From contig JBKHHD010000002.1 in assembly GCA_046539325.1 (NCBI GenBank), forward strand, positions 32,001 to 96,000: 64,000 nt of DNA, read 5' to 3'. The notes under the pieces are model-generated. The model worked only from the letters and a program-made list of their open reading frames with translations. It did no database searches and had not been told where the DNA came from. Source of the DNA: Candidatus Aenigmatarchaeota archaeon. Its GTDB lineage: Archaea > Aenigmatarchaeota > Aenigmatarchaeia > PWEA01. Position numbers and translations under genes: made by a program. Below are positions 32,145 through 42,464 of the stretch, in pieces. Each line of letters opens with the position of its first letter. Positions within the stretch are counted from its first letter, which is position 1.

Positions 32145-33025
32145 ACCTCCTGGGCGGAAAGGGCCTTCTGTTTAACGAAGGTTACCATCTCCTCGGGTAT
32201 ATCGACACCCACCACTTCCGAAGTCTCCTCAGTTATTCCAGGAGAAGCGTTTATCTCAACTATAAAGCCTTCCTCGTCGGAGCTTATTATATCAACGCCG
32301 CAGATATCAAAGCCCGTGAGCTTTGAGGCCTTTACTGCCATCTCCCTCATCCACTCTGGTGCATCGAACTCCTCGCGGTTACCGCCTCTGGAGATGTTAG
32401 AACGCCACTCTTTCTCCAAGCCTATCCTCTTGTAGGAGTAGGTTTCTTCTCCTATCACCAAGATCCTTATATCTTCGCCGGGGTTCTCTATAAAGTCCTG
32501 TAAGCATATATCCTGTTCAAACACCTCCAATGTATCGATTATAGGGCGAAGCTCTGATTCGTCCTTGGCTCTCATTATTCCCTTTCCACCGTAGCCGGAA
32601 ATGAGCTTTATAGTTACAGGATAGCCTATGTCCTTCGCGGCATCGGTCGCTGCCTCAGTGGAAAGCGTATATATGGACCTCGGAACCTTCACCTCGCTTC
32701 CACTGAGCTCTTTGACCGTGGAGAACTTGTTCGAGGATATTGAAAAGGAATCAGAATCCATGTGTACGTAGGAGTCCGATTCGTTGAGTATCTCTATTAA
32801 CTGCTCCGAAAACAGAAGGTCCTCCCCCGAAAGCCTTGGAAAGACAACATCAAAGTCTGTGAGTTCCGTGTTTTTGTACATAACCCTTGGACTTCCATCG
32901 AATCTATATTCGTACCTCACACCTTCTATCGGAACTGCAAGCACGCTTTCAAAGTACTCCTCTGCCTTCTCGATGATGTAAGGATGCTGCTCAAGGAACG
33001 GAGTATATATTATTGCAAACTTCAT
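32141..33025 (-). CDS. RimK-family alpha-L-glutamate ligase
   Basis: NK, K..SGYGGKG, QDFIE..GEDIR, WRSNISRGG, GVD, EINASPG. Confidence 0.9.
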   Translation of the reverse strand: MKFAIIYTPFLEQHPYIIEKAEEYFESVLAVPIEGVRYEYRFDGSPRVMYKNTELTDFDVVFPRLSGEDLLFSEQLIEILNESDSYVHMDSDSFSISSNKFSTVKELSGSEVKVPRSIYTLSTEAATDAAKDIGYPVTIKLISGYGGKGIMRAKDESELRPIIDTLEVFEQDICLQDFIENPGEDIRILVIGEETYSYKRIGLEKEWRSNISRGGNREEFDAPEWMREMAVKASKLTGFDICGVDIISSDEEGFIVEINASPGITEETSEVVGVDIPEEMVTFVKQKALSAQEV

Positions 33026-33861
33026 CTTTCCTCACCTTCTCCTTCAGGCTTTAACATATCAGCTATCTTTTCGAAACTGTTCTTCCCTGAAACCTTCATG
33101 AACCTCTCCACATCAGGATTCATGTGCATATCAACAACCTTGGAATCAACCAGCCTTACCGAGCAGAACTGGGAGCCTATCGCTTCGGCAGCGTTTTCCA
33201 CAATTTCAGCAACATCTGAGGGAGGTTTATGGTATTTCTCGCTGGAGCTATCCCTCTTTGGTGACTTTCTCCATGAGTCGCTGCTTATCTTCGTCGAAAT
33301 GATGTCACCGTCTATGTAAAGACAGTCGTAAACTTCACCCTCAATGAACTCCTGAACAACCATATAGTTCTTTCCGTGCTCAAGGCTCTCGGAAAAGGCC
33401 TCTATGCTGTCTGGATCCTCTGTCTTCATTATATCCTTCCTTTCAAAGCCCTCGAATTTCTTGCAGACAACATCACCGTCAAACTCCTTCTTGACACCGT
33501 TTATTGACTTTTCTGAAGACACGACAAAGGTCTTCGGGACAGGTATATTCTTCTCAGTAAGCACTTTGAAGAGGTATGGCTTCTTCGCTATTATGTAGTA
33601 GGAAGTACCGTCCATAACCGTGTTTATATCCTTCTCCATTATACTTTCAAGAAATATTCTTGTGAAAGTCAGGGCCTTCGGAGTAGGTCTTATGAAAAGC
33701 GCATCGTAGTCCTCGACCCTTCTTCCACCGACGTAAGAAACAACTTCCTCCTGGTTCGCATCTATCTTTACGTCTTCTATAGAGTAGTTGTGAAGCTCCT
33801 CGAAGTAGTCCTCGAACTTCTCCCCCAACGACTGATCCTCAGTTATCGTCAATAAATTCAT
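33022..33861 (-). CDS. Degenerate RimK-like ATP-grasp protein
   Basis: IPVPKT and VVQEFIEG are kept, but the Gly-rich loop, DIR, GVD and ExN motifs are lost. Confidence 0.7.
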   Translation of the reverse strand: MNLLTITEDQSLGEKFEDYFEELHNYSIEDVKIDANQEEVVSYVGGRRVEDYDALFIRPTPKALTFTRIFLESIMEKDINTVMDGTSYYIIAKKPYLFKVLTEKNIPVPKTFVVSSEKSINGVKKEFDGDVVCKKFEGFERKDIMKTEDPDSIEAFSESLEHGKNYMVVQEFIEGEVYDCLYIDGDIISTKISSDSWRKSPKRDSSSEKYHKPPSDVAEIVENAAEAIGSQFCSVRLVDSKVVDMHMNPDVERFMKVSGKNSFEKIADMLKPEGEGEER

Positions 33862-35416
33862 CTAAACCCCCCTCTTCGTCTTCCTCCTCCGGAACCCAAA
33901 TCCTCCTGACTTTTTCCTCCGACCTCCAGTCCTCGGCGAACTTGCTTACGGAGCTTGGTATAACCTCCTTCAGTATGTTCCCCTTTCTTGCTATCTTTGA
34001 AAGCTGGACCTCCAAACTCTTTGAAAGCTTGTCGTAGAGCTTCGGATGTGAGTATACAAGGCCTTCCTTCAACCTCCAGTAGGCCGTGGTTCCTTTCGGA
34101 GCAAGCGGTATATAGCCCCTGGACTTATCGTACTCCTTCATTGCCTCCTGCATGTCACTGTAGCTTACGTAGTAGACCCCTCCGCTCTTTGAGCTCGGAT
34201 CCATGACAAGGATCTCGTCGCCTTCAACACCCAAACATAGAACGTAGTGGCCTGTGGTCGCATCAGGGAATATGACAGGCTTCATGAAGTGTAGTACAAC
34301 CAAAGCGCCATCGTTCAGCCAGACCTTGAGCTCCCTCTTCAGGTTGCTTATCTCCTCGTATGAAATGTAGCTTGCATAGACCTCGCCGTTTGTAAGGCTT
34401 TCAACTGAATCAGCAAGATCCTCACCCTCCGTTCCTCCGTCCAGCTTTGTACCTGCTTCCTCGCCTATCTCTTCCTGACTCACGTCGTATCCGAAGATCG
34501 CTAGAGCCATTTCTGCCGAAGCAGGCCCGCAGTACGCGGGATTCTGCGCCCGAAAGTAGTCGGTTACTTCGTCCAACGTCTCCACATCGGCCTTAGTCCT
34601 TTTGAAGTAAACCTCTCCGTCCATGGCCTCGCTGTTAGGTACAAACATGAAGTAGCCCGAGTCCGTGGAAATCGTAGTTCCGAACTTAGTTATATCACGT
34701 ATCTCACCGGACTCTTCCTTGAACTTCACCTTCCTTCCCTTCTTAAACATATTCGAGCTCTTGAGGTAGAATCCGGCGGCGTAGTTGACCACAAGATCCT
34801 TGAATCCAAAGAAAAGTATCAACGCGACCACGAAGACAATGGCATAGGCTGCAGCCTTTAGCGTCTCCTCCAGAAGGTAGGACGAAACGCCTGCCTGTAC
34901 AACTGCCATCTGTACCACAAGGACGTAGAGGAATATCCTGAATACCTTAAGTATTATGTCCACGGCCCTTGGGCTCAGGCCAAAGTCCTCTGTAAACTCA
35001 CCCATGTCTATGGCCTCGAAGAACCTTCTAAGGAGGTCCATCACCAGGTTTACGACTATGAAACCAAGTACTATTATCAGAACCGTGGATATAAGGGTTG
35101 GAAGGTTGTCAAGTGTTTGTACAATTATATTGTTGGTCATGGGTGCATTGAGGAAAAGCAGGGCGATGAGTATAACAAATATAAGGGCTATGTACTCCAC
35201 TATCTTCGACGGCTCTGACTTCCTTTTCTTGATACTTTCAACTGCATCCTCCCCAGAAGTCCTCCTCATAGTCACATGCCGCGAAAGCTTTGAGATAAGC
35301 TTGGTTAGAAAGATACCGACCAAAAGGATTAGTATAGTACCTATTATCCTCCCTTCAGTAGGCTCAAGGAAGAAATCTACAAGTGCGCCAAAAGAATTTT
35401 CCAACATTGTAATCAT
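33839..35416 (-). CDS. MscS-type mechanosensitive channel fused to a C39/papain-like cysteine peptidase
   Basis: TM helices, 'FGFKDLVVNYAAG', beta-domain 'G.IRDI..F.T...VPNS', then Q...YCGPAS, GHY and MDPS triad. Confidence 0.85.
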   Translation of the reverse strand: MITMLENSFGALVDFFLEPTEGRIIGTILILLVGIFLTKLISKLSRHVTMRRTSGEDAVESIKKRKSEPSKIVEYIALIFVILIALLFLNAPMTNNIIVQTLDNLPTLISTVLIIVLGFIVVNLVMDLLRRFFEAIDMGEFTEDFGLSPRAVDIILKVFRIFLYVLVVQMAVVQAGVSSYLLEETLKAAAYAIVFVVALILFFGFKDLVVNYAAGFYLKSSNMFKKGRKVKFKEESGEIRDITKFGTTISTDSGYFMFVPNSEAMDGEVYFKRTKADVETLDEVTDYFRAQNPAYCGPASAEMALAIFGYDVSQEEIGEEAGTKLDGGTEGEDLADSVESLTNGEVYASYISYEEISNLKRELKVWLNDGALVVLHFMKPVIFPDATTGHYVLCLGVEGDEILVMDPSSKSGGVYYVSYSDMQEAMKEYDKSRGYIPLAPKGTTAYWRLKEGLVYSHPKLYDKLSKSLEVQLSKIARKGNILKEVIPSSVSKFAEDWRSEEKVRRIWVPEEEDEEGGLDEFIDDN

Positions 35417-35518
35417 GTTGTAGTTTTTGTTTGCCCCAGGACAGTTTTACACTTATCTAATTTAAAACTAACCCCTGTTTTTGGAGTAAAAAGCATCTTG
35501 CGGAGCATATCCAACACA

Positions 35519-35659
35519 TTAGAAGACTCCGTGGCCGTCGAACCTGTCCCTTTCCTTTCTAAGCTTCACATAGCAGTCCGTACAGAGAATTCTTCCGCCA
35601 TCCTCGAACCTCCTGCTAGACCGCTTCCAGAAAGTCCCGCACTCATCACATATGGGCAA
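35519..35659 (-). CDS. 46-aa zinc-finger microprotein (not in ORF track)
   Basis: SD GGTGA + TTG: MPICDECGTFWKRSSRRFEDGGRILCTDCYVKLRKERDRFDGHGVF. Confidence 0.7.
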   Translation of the reverse strand: MPICDECGTFWKRSSRRFEDGGRILCTDCYVKLRKERDRFDGHGVF

Positions 35660-35766
35660 GCTCTCACCAACAGACCTTTCCTGAGAACGAAGGTTTATAA
35701 AAATTTCCCGAGGCGTGGAGACAAGTTTTAAATATATAAAGGATAAACTTAAGGAAGTGTTTTGAA

Positions 35767-35931
35767 ATGGAACTGATGTGTAACTCTTGTGGCACGAACC
35801 TCATAGGGGAAGACGACTTCGTCAGGTTTGACTGTCCGAACTGTGGAGAGTCAACAGTGATAAGGTGCAGGAAGTGCCGCAGGAAGAAGAACCCTTACAA
35901 GTGTGAGGAGTGCGGTTTCGAAGGACCGTGA
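35767..35931 (+). CDS. HVO_2753/DUF1610-family double zinc-ribbon protein (not in ORF track)
   Basis: MELMCNSCG...FDCPNCGE..IRCRKCR...YKCEECGFEGP. Confidence 0.9.
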   Translation: MELMCNSCGTNLIGEDDFVRFDCPNCGESTVIRCRKCRRKKNPYKCEECGFEGP

Positions 35932-35974
35932 CCTTTATATTACTAAGGTTCCGAAAATAGGTATGGTGTCTTAA

Positions 35975-36400
35975 ATGCCCGGAATGTTTGCAGCGAGAAA
36001 GCTCAAAAAAGATAGGAAGAAGTTCCGCTGGAAGGAGAAGGACTACAAGGACAGAATGACCCAGTTCAAGAAGAAGAGAGGTCCCCTTGAAGGAGCCCCA
36101 CAGGGTAAAGGGATTGTCCTGGAAAAGCGGGTAGTTGAAGCTATGCAGCCCAACTCAGCACTGAGAAAATGTGTAAGGGTACAGCTTCTGAAGAACGGCA
36201 AGCGTGTAACGGCTTTCTGCCCAGGCGACGGAGCGATAGAGCATATTGACGAGCATGATGAAGTTCTTATAGAAGGACTGGGCGGTTCAGGAAAGGGAGC
36301 CAAGGGTGATATTCCTGGTGTAAGGTGGAAGGTAATCCAGGCCAACGGTGTTTCACTCAAAGAGCTGGTCAGAGGAAACAAGGAGAAACCAACGAGATGA
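35975..36400 (+). CDS. rps12: 30S protein uS12
   Basis: [28 protein letters not shown]. Confidence 0.97.
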   Translation: MPGMFAARKLKKDRKKFRWKEKDYKDRMTQFKKKRGPLEGAPQGKGIVLEKRVVEAMQPNSALRKCVRVQLLKNGKRVTAFCPGDGAIEHIDEHDEVLIEGLGGSGKGAKGDIPGVRWKVIQANGVSLKELVRGNKEKPTR

Positions 36401-36406
36401 TAAACT

Positions 36407-37000
36407 ATGAAGATGTTTGGAAAGTGGGACGTTGAAGGAATTGAAACCGAGGATCCTGGACTGAAGGACCAGATCAATCTTGAACCAATGCTAGCTCCTA
36501 AGAAGTCACATGGAAGACATGCAGGCAATCGCTTCTCAAAAAACGAGGTCAACCTCATTGAGAGGCTCATGAACCACCTTATGGGGCCTGGGCACAGAGG
36601 AGATAAGCATAAGATAAGCTCAGGTAGGTGCGGCGGCGATTCAGACAGTGCATGGAAGATAATGAAGGAATCCTTGGAGATAATAGAGGAAAGGCAGGAC
36701 AGTAATCCTATAAAGGTTCTGCTTGAAGCTGTGGAAAATACTGCCCTTGTAGAAGAAGTTTCTTCGTATCAGGTCGGTTCGATAATAAAGAGAAAGGCCG
36801 TTGTAACGGCCCCGCAGAGGCGCGTGGACCTATCGTTGAGACATATGGCACAGGGAGCATACTCCAACTCCGTCGGATCAAACAAGGATATGTCCGAATG
36901 CTTGGCTGATGAGATAATCGCCGCCTACAACAAAGAAAGGGAGTCCTACGCTGTAAGGCAGAAGGAAAGGTTTGAAAGGGAAGCAGAGGGAGCAAGATAA
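36407..37000 (+). CDS. rps7: 30S protein uS7
   Basis: FGKW, IERL.N, APQRRVD, CLADEII; position in the str operon. Confidence 0.95.
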   Translation: MKMFGKWDVEGIETEDPGLKDQINLEPMLAPKKSHGRHAGNRFSKNEVNLIERLMNHLMGPGHRGDKHKISSGRCGGDSDSAWKIMKESLEIIEERQDSNPIKVLLEAVENTALVEEVSSYQVGSIIKRKAVVTAPQRRVDLSLRHMAQGAYSNSVGSNKDMSECLADEIIAAYNKERESYAVRQKERFEREAEGAR

Positions 37001-37018
37001 AAATACTAAGTGATTGTT

Positions 37019-39205
37019 ATGGCAAAGGATCTATCGGAACGTGTAAAGAAGCTGATGAGGAAGCAAAAACACATAAGGAATATAGGCACAGCTGCACATA
37101 TAGACCACGGTAAGACAACGCTCACGGACAATCTTCTTGCCGGTGCCGGAATGATATCCGACGAGCTGGCAGGTGAACAGCTTTTCATGGACTACGACGA
37201 TCAGGAGCAGGAGCGTGGAATCACTATTTATTCTGCAAATGTTTCAATGGTCCATGACTTCGAAAACGAAGACTATCTAATTAACCTTATAGACACACCA
37301 GGCCATGTGGACTTCGGAGGAGACGTCACGAGAGCGATGAGAGCTGTGGACGGAGTTATAGTTCTCGCCTGTGCTGTAGAAGGCGTTATGCCTCAGACTG
37401 AAACTGTAATACAGCAGGCACTGAAGGAAAGGGTCAAGCCGGTTCTGTTCATAAACAAGGTCGACAGGCTGATAAATGAGCTGGAGATGGACGCAAAGGG
37501 AATGCAGGAGAAGTTCATGAAGATAATAAGGGAGGTGAACAACCTGATAAGGAAGTACGCGGAAGACGAGTACAAGGACAAATGGACCGTTTCCGTAGAC
37601 GACGGAAGCGTCATGTTTGGCTCAGCACTGAAGAACTGGGCGATTTCAAAGCCATATATGGAAGAGAGTGGAATTACTTTCAAGGATATACAGGAGAAAT
37701 GTTCAGAGCAGGAACATAAGGAGCTGTGGAAGGAAGCTCCGCTGCACCGTATAGTTCTAAACGGTATAATAAGACACCTGCCTAATCCCAAGAAGGCACA
37801 GAACTACAGAATACCTAAGATCTGGCCAGGAGACGCAGAGTCGGAGGCTGGGAAGGATATGAGGGAGTGTAATGCAGAAGGAAAGCTGGCTGCTATAACC
37901 ACAAAGGTATACGACGACCCACATGCCGGTTCTGTCGCAACAGGTAGAATTTTCTCAGGAAGTCTGACCGAAGGACAGGAAGTACACCTTGTAGGCCAGC
38001 ATAAGGACGAGAGGATGCAGCAGGTATGCGTCTACAAGGGACAGGAAAGAGTTCCCATGGACAGCGTACAGGCAGGAAACATAATAGGTCTTGTAGGAGT
38101 TCCTGATGCCTTTTCAGGAGAGACTATATGCAATCCGGACTACAAGATAGATCCCTTCGAGGAGATAAAGCATGTCTTTGAGCCTGTTGTGACCAAGGCT
38201 GTAGAGGCAAAGAAGACGAAGGATCTTCCGGACCTGGTTCAGTTCCTCAGAAAGGTGAGCAGAGAGGACCCGACGCTGGAGGTAGAGATAGATGAGGAAA
38301 CCGGTGAGCATCTGGTTTCGGGTCTGGGCGAACTACATATACAAGCAAAGGTCGAGAAAGGACTCAAAGACGAAGGAATTCCTATAGATAGCTCCCAACC
38401 CATCGTTGTTTACAGGGAAACCGTAAAGAACGAAAGCGATACGTTTGAGGGCAAGAGCCCGAACAAACATAATAAGTTCTACTTTGAGGTAGAGCCCCTC
38501 GCTGACGAGATATACAAGGCTATAGCCAAAGGCGAGATAGATGAAGGAGAGTACAAGGGAAAGAGCAGCGACCTAGCAAACGAGTTAAAGGACCTTGGAA
38601 TGGACGACGACGATGCAGAGGGCGTAGAGCTAATAAAGGAGAAGAACATTTTCACGGACGCCACCAAGGGAATCCAGTACCTTAACGATACAATAGAACT
38701 TGTCAGGGAAGCAATAAGTGATCTGATAGACGAAGGTCCTCTCGCAAGAGAGCCGTGCTCAAAGCTTCTCATCAGGCTCGTGGATGCAAAGCTACACGAA
38801 GACGCTATACACAGAGGACCTGCACAGGTCACACCTGCTGTAAGGTTCGCCGTAAACAACGCAATACTTAGCTCCAACGCCACACTTCTGGAGCCGAAGC
38901 AGATTCTAAGGGTTGAATCACCCCAGGAACATATGGGAGACGTTATGACAGAGGTACAGAACAGAAGAGGCGAGGTAATGAACGTTGATACGGAGGAAGG
39001 TACAGCAGTCCTTACAATAAAGCTCCCAGTAGAAGAGATGTTTGGATTTGAAGGAGAGCTCAAGTCCGCAACCGAAGGTAAAGGTTTCTACTACCTAAAG
39101 GATGTTCTCTTCGAATACATGCCGGACAACCTGAGAAAGGACAGGATCAAGGATATCAGAGAAAGGAAGGGACTAGGAAGAGAAATACCACAGCCAGAGG
39201 CATGA
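37019..39205 (+). CDS. fusA: Elongation factor aEF-2
   Basis: AHIDHGKTT, RGITI, DTPGHVDF, NKVD, diphthamide loop HEDAIHRG. Confidence 0.98.
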   Translation: MAKDLSERVKKLMRKQKHIRNIGTAAHIDHGKTTLTDNLLAGAGMISDELAGEQLFMDYDDQEQERGITIYSANVSMVHDFENEDYLINLIDTPGHVDFGGDVTRAMRAVDGVIVLACAVEGVMPQTETVIQQALKERVKPVLFINKVDRLINELEMDAKGMQEKFMKIIREVNNLIRKYAEDEYKDKWTVSVDDGSVMFGSALKNWAISKPYMEESGITFKDIQEKCSEQEHKELWKEAPLHRIVLNGIIRHLPNPKKAQNYRIPKIWPGDAESEAGKDMRECNAEGKLAAITTKVYDDPHAGSVATGRIFSGSLTEGQEVHLVGQHKDERMQQVCVYKGQERVPMDSVQAGNIIGLVGVPDAFSGETICNPDYKIDPFEEIKHVFEPVVTKAVEAKKTKDLPDLVQFLRKVSREDPTLEVEIDEETGEHLVSGLGELHIQAKVEKGLKDEGIPIDSSQPIVVYRETVKNESDTFEGKSPNKHNKFYFEVEPLADEIYKAIAKGEIDEGEYKGKSSDLANELKDLGMDDDDAEGVELIKEKNIFTDATKGIQYLNDTIELVREAISDLIDEGPLAREPCSKLLIRLVDAKLHEDAIHRGPAQVTPAVRFAVNNAILSSNATLLEPKQILRVESPQEHMGDVMTEVQNRRGEVMNVDTEEGTAVLTIKLPVEEMFGFEGELKSATEGKGFYYLKDVLFEYMPDNLRKDRIKDIRERKGLGREIPQPEA

Positions 39206-39287
39206 AGCTTATAAACAAGTATTTATAAAAGAAGAGTACATACTACAAAAGGGGTATTAATCCCATAATTTCAAAGGAGGTGTGAAT

Positions 39288-40556
39288 ATGGCAGACAAAC
39301 CACATTTGAACCTAGTCACGATAGGTCATGTAGACCACGGTAAGTCCACGTTAGTGGGACACCTGCTCTACGACACAGGAAACCTACCGGACAAGGAGTA
39401 CAAGAAGCTTGAAGAAGCTGCAGAGGAAGCAGGAAAGGAAACCTTCGGGTTCGCTTTTGCTATGGACAGCCTGAAGGAAGAAAGGGAAAGAGGAGTTACC
39501 ATCGATGTAGCTCACACAGAGTTCGACACGGACAACTACCACTTTACAGTGATCGATGCTCCAGGACATAGAGACTTCGTCAAGAACATGATTACAGGAG
39601 CTTCACAGGCCGACGCCGCGATCCTTGTTGTTTCAGCCAAGGACGGCGTACAGGACCAGACCAAGGAGCATAGCTACCTTGCAAAGGTTCTAGGTGTAGG
39701 TGAAATCATAGTAGCGGTCAACAAGATGGACACAGTAGACTACTCAGAGGACAAGTTCGAAGAGGTCAAGAAAGAGACGCAGGACCTTCTGAAGAGCATT
39801 GGCTTCAAGCCTGGCGACATTCCATTCGTACCTGTCTCAGCTTTCTACGGCGACAACGTAGCTGAGCCAAAGGACGAGATGGACTGGTACGACGGTCCGA
39901 CCATCTACGAGCTTCTTGACGATCTAGAAGAACCAACGAAGCCAGTAAACAAGTCCATGAGAATTCCTATCCAGGACGTTTACACCATCACAGGTGTAGG
40001 TACGGTTCCTGTAGGAAAGGTAGAGACAGGTCAGATCAAGAAGGGCGACAAGGTTCTCTTCTTACCTTCCGACGTAACCGGAGAAGTGAAGTCAATAGAG
40101 ATGCATCACGAAGAGGTAGATGAAGCTCAAGCTGGTGACAACATCGGTTTCAACACGAGAGGAATTTCAAAGGAAGACATAAGAAGAGGAGACGTAGCCT
40201 GTGATCCAGACGATCCCGTGACAGTAGCGAAGGAGTTCAGAGCTCAGATAATCGTCATGGAACATCCCAACGTTATCGCAGAGGGATATACGCCTGTTTT
40301 CCACTGCAACACCGCACAGGTAGCTTCGAAGTTCGTAGACCTCGAGAAGAAGGTCGACTCGAAGACCGGTGAGACAAAGGAAGAGAATCCGGACTACCTC
40401 AAGACAGGTGACTCAGCAGTGGTCAAGATCAGGCCCACAGAACCAATGGCGATTGAAGAACAGGGTGAGTTCCCAGAACTGAGCAGATTCGCTATTAGGG
40501 ACATGGGCAAGACCGTGGCCGCAGGAATCTGTATAGAAGTGACTGAAGAGGCCTAA
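39288..40556 (+). CDS. tuf: Elongation factor aEF-1alpha
   Basis: [38 protein letters not shown]. Confidence 0.98.
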   Translation: MADKPHLNLVTIGHVDHGKSTLVGHLLYDTGNLPDKEYKKLEEAAEEAGKETFGFAFAMDSLKEERERGVTIDVAHTEFDTDNYHFTVIDAPGHRDFVKNMITGASQADAAILVVSAKDGVQDQTKEHSYLAKVLGVGEIIVAVNKMDTVDYSEDKFEEVKKETQDLLKSIGFKPGDIPFVPVSAFYGDNVAEPKDEMDWYDGPTIYELLDDLEEPTKPVNKSMRIPIQDVYTITGVGTVPVGKVETGQIKKGDKVLFLPSDVTGEVKSIEMHHEEVDEAQAGDNIGFNTRGISKEDIRRGDVACDPDDPVTVAKEFRAQIIVMEHPNVIAEGYTPVFHCNTAQVASKFVDLEKKVDSKTGETKEENPDYLKTGDSAVVKIRPTEPMAIEEQGEFPELSRFAIRDMGKTVAAGICIEVTEEA

Positions 40557-40659
40557 AACCTCTCCTAATTTTTATTTTCATCTTAATTATTTATTTTAGG
40601 TTCTACCAACCAAAAGCTATTTAAATTCTAACCATCCAAAGTCGTATGCCGGTGTTAAT

Positions 40660-40983
40660 ATGCCAGGAAAGGCCAGAATAAATTTAGCAGGTAAGGACCA
40701 TGAGGTCCTTGAAGAGATCTGCAAAGAGATTACGGGTATCGCAGAGAAGTACGGAGTAGCTTACTCCGGTCCGGTTCCACTGCCAACCAAAAAGCTCAAG
40801 GTTCCTGTGATGAGAACGCCTTCTGGGCAGGGAACTGGCCACGGAAACGCAACATGGGACCACTACGAGCTCAGAATCCACAAAAGACTCATAGAGATGG
40901 AAGCCAACAAGCGCGCTCTAAGAAGGATAATGGGAACGGATATTCCTGAAGAGGTCAACATAGAGATAGAACTGGATGAGTAG
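40660..40983 (+). CDS. rps10: 30S protein uS10
   Basis: SGPVPLPTKKL, RTPSG, ELRIHKRLI. Confidence 0.96.
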   Translation: MPGKARINLAGKDHEVLEEICKEITGIAEKYGVAYSGPVPLPTKKLKVPVMRTPSGQGTGHGNATWDHYELRIHKRLIEMEANKRALRRIMGTDIPEEVNIEIELDE

Positions 40984-41047
40984 TTCTTCTCCTCAAACTA
41001 ATTTAAACTTCAATGATAATTTCTCATGGAGAGGCAACTACGAAGTA

Positions 41048-41189
41048 GCCGGGGTAGCGAAGCCAGGTCCACCGCGCCAGCTTGGAGCTTTCGACTGAAA
41101 AGCTGGTGGGCGTCAAGGGGCCAAAGGACGTAGTCGAAGACTACGTCGTTCCAACGAAGCCCGCGTGGGTTCAAATCCCACCCCCGGCG
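41048..41189 (+). tRNA. tRNA-Ser(GGA) with introns at 37/38 (41088-41100) and in the variable arm (about 41117-41158)
   Basis: GCCGGGG/CCCCGGC acceptor; CCAGC-TTGGAG|A-GCTGG; BHB TTGG/CTGA. Spliced variable arm GGGC-GTCAA-GCCC. Confidence 0.88.
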
Positions 41190-41260
41190 CTCGTAAGTTC
41201 TACATTTTTCTCTGGGAAAATTCTTAACCTTTAAATACCTTAGCTTCCTAATTATGGTTG

Positions 41261-41368
41261 TCTCTCAACGTACCGTTTGGGAAGACCGTCTTCCCGTCTG
41301 AAAGGTGACTTTCAGAGCTTGTAAAAGACCTGATCCGCTTCTAGATCGTGGGCTCCCCATCGGAAAGG
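41261..41368 (+). ncRNA. Unidentified structured RNA or leader upstream of rpl3
   Basis: Follows TTTAAATA (41230). Hairpins GGGAAGAC/GTCTTCCC and TCTGAAAG-GTGA-CTTTCAGA, plus a third imperfect hairpin. Confidence 0.4.
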
Positions 41369-41503
41369 TATATAAATATACGGAACAGTTAAAGTTCCGT
41401 GTTCGACCCACAGGTTTTAAAAGGTTTACATTGTAAAAGTTTGCGATAAGAAATCGCAAATAATGGAAGCTTTGCTTCCAGTAAATAGAGGTTAAGTGGT
41501 AAC

Positions 41504-42463
41504 ATGCCGGAACCAAGCAGACCGAAAAAAGGCTCTACAGGAATGTGGCCCAGGAAACGGGCTAGCCGTATGTATCCCTCAGTAAATTCCTGCGTGGATA
41601 CAGATGAGTGTAAGCCTCTGCTGTTTGCTGGTTACAAGGCCGGCATGACCCAGGTCACTATGAAGGACCTGAGAAAGACCTCGCCAACAAAAAACCAGAT
41701 TATTTCTGCTCCTGTAACTGTTCTCGACATACCTCCTCTCCTTGTTATCGGTGCACGCTCCTACAAAGATACTGTAGAAGGGCTTACTGTCGTGGAGGAT
41801 GTAGGCGCTGAAGAGGAAGATATTCCAAAGAAGGTGAGGGAAAGGGTACATATACCAGAAAGGGACAGCTTTGAAAAGGAAGGTGATTTAATAAGGTTTA
41901 TTGTTTCAATGCAGCCGCAGAGAAGCGGTCTCGGAAAGAAGGAGCCAGAGGTGTTTGAGGTTCCGATTGGCGGAAGCTTTGAGGAACAAGAGGAATACGC
42001 AGAAGAGAAGCTTGGAGAGGAGCTTAAGGTTGAAGACGTCTTTGAAGAGGGAGAGTTCCTTGACGCTATAGCTATAACTAAAGGTAAAGGATACGAAGGT
42101 CCTGTGACAAGGCACGGAGCTAAGATAGACAGGAGGAAGGACGAAGCTCCACGAAGAATTGGAAGTATGGGAGCAAGAGGCCAGGGAAGAGTTCTACATA
42201 CGACTCCGCAGCCAGGCCAGCACGGCCTACACAGGAGAACGGACGAGTGCAAACATTTCCTTGGTTCCTTTGATCCGGAAGAGATAAATCCTGAAGACGG
42301 CTTCGGTAACTATGGCCTCGTAAAGGAAAACTCATTGCTTATCAAGGGAAGTGTACCTGGTCCAAAAAAGAGGCTTGTAATGCTGAGGAAAAGTATTAAG
42401 GATCAGTCAAAGCTTCCTGTGGAAATAAAGGATATAAATACTTCAAGCCAGCAGGGTGTATGA
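41504..42463 (+). CDS. rpl3: 50S protein uL3
   Basis: PRKRA, AGYKAGMT, TKGKG.EG, KGSVPGPKKR. Confidence 0.96.
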   Translation: MPEPSRPKKGSTGMWPRKRASRMYPSVNSCVDTDECKPLLFAGYKAGMTQVTMKDLRKTSPTKNQIISAPVTVLDIPPLLVIGARSYKDTVEGLTVVEDVGAEEEDIPKKVRERVHIPERDSFEKEGDLIRFIVSMQPQRSGLGKKEPEVFEVPIGGSFEEQEEYAEEKLGEELKVEDVFEEGEFLDAIAITKGKGYEGPVTRHGAKIDRRKDEAPRRIGSMGARGQGRVLHTTPQPGQHGLHRRTDECKHFLGSFDPEEINPEDGFGNYGLVKENSLLIKGSVPGPKKRLVMLRKSIKDQSKLPVEIKDINTSSQQGV

Positions 42464-42464
42464 C

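Noticed and set aside
35457-35519. 20-aa Cys-containing ORF (MCWICSARC…) coupled to the zinc-finger gene, as a peptide precursor
   Set aside because: Very short, no SD, and it overlaps the likely TATA box of the MscS operon.
41261-41368. SRP (7S) RNA
   Set aside because: Too short, and lacks the helix 8 SRP54-binding motif on either strand.
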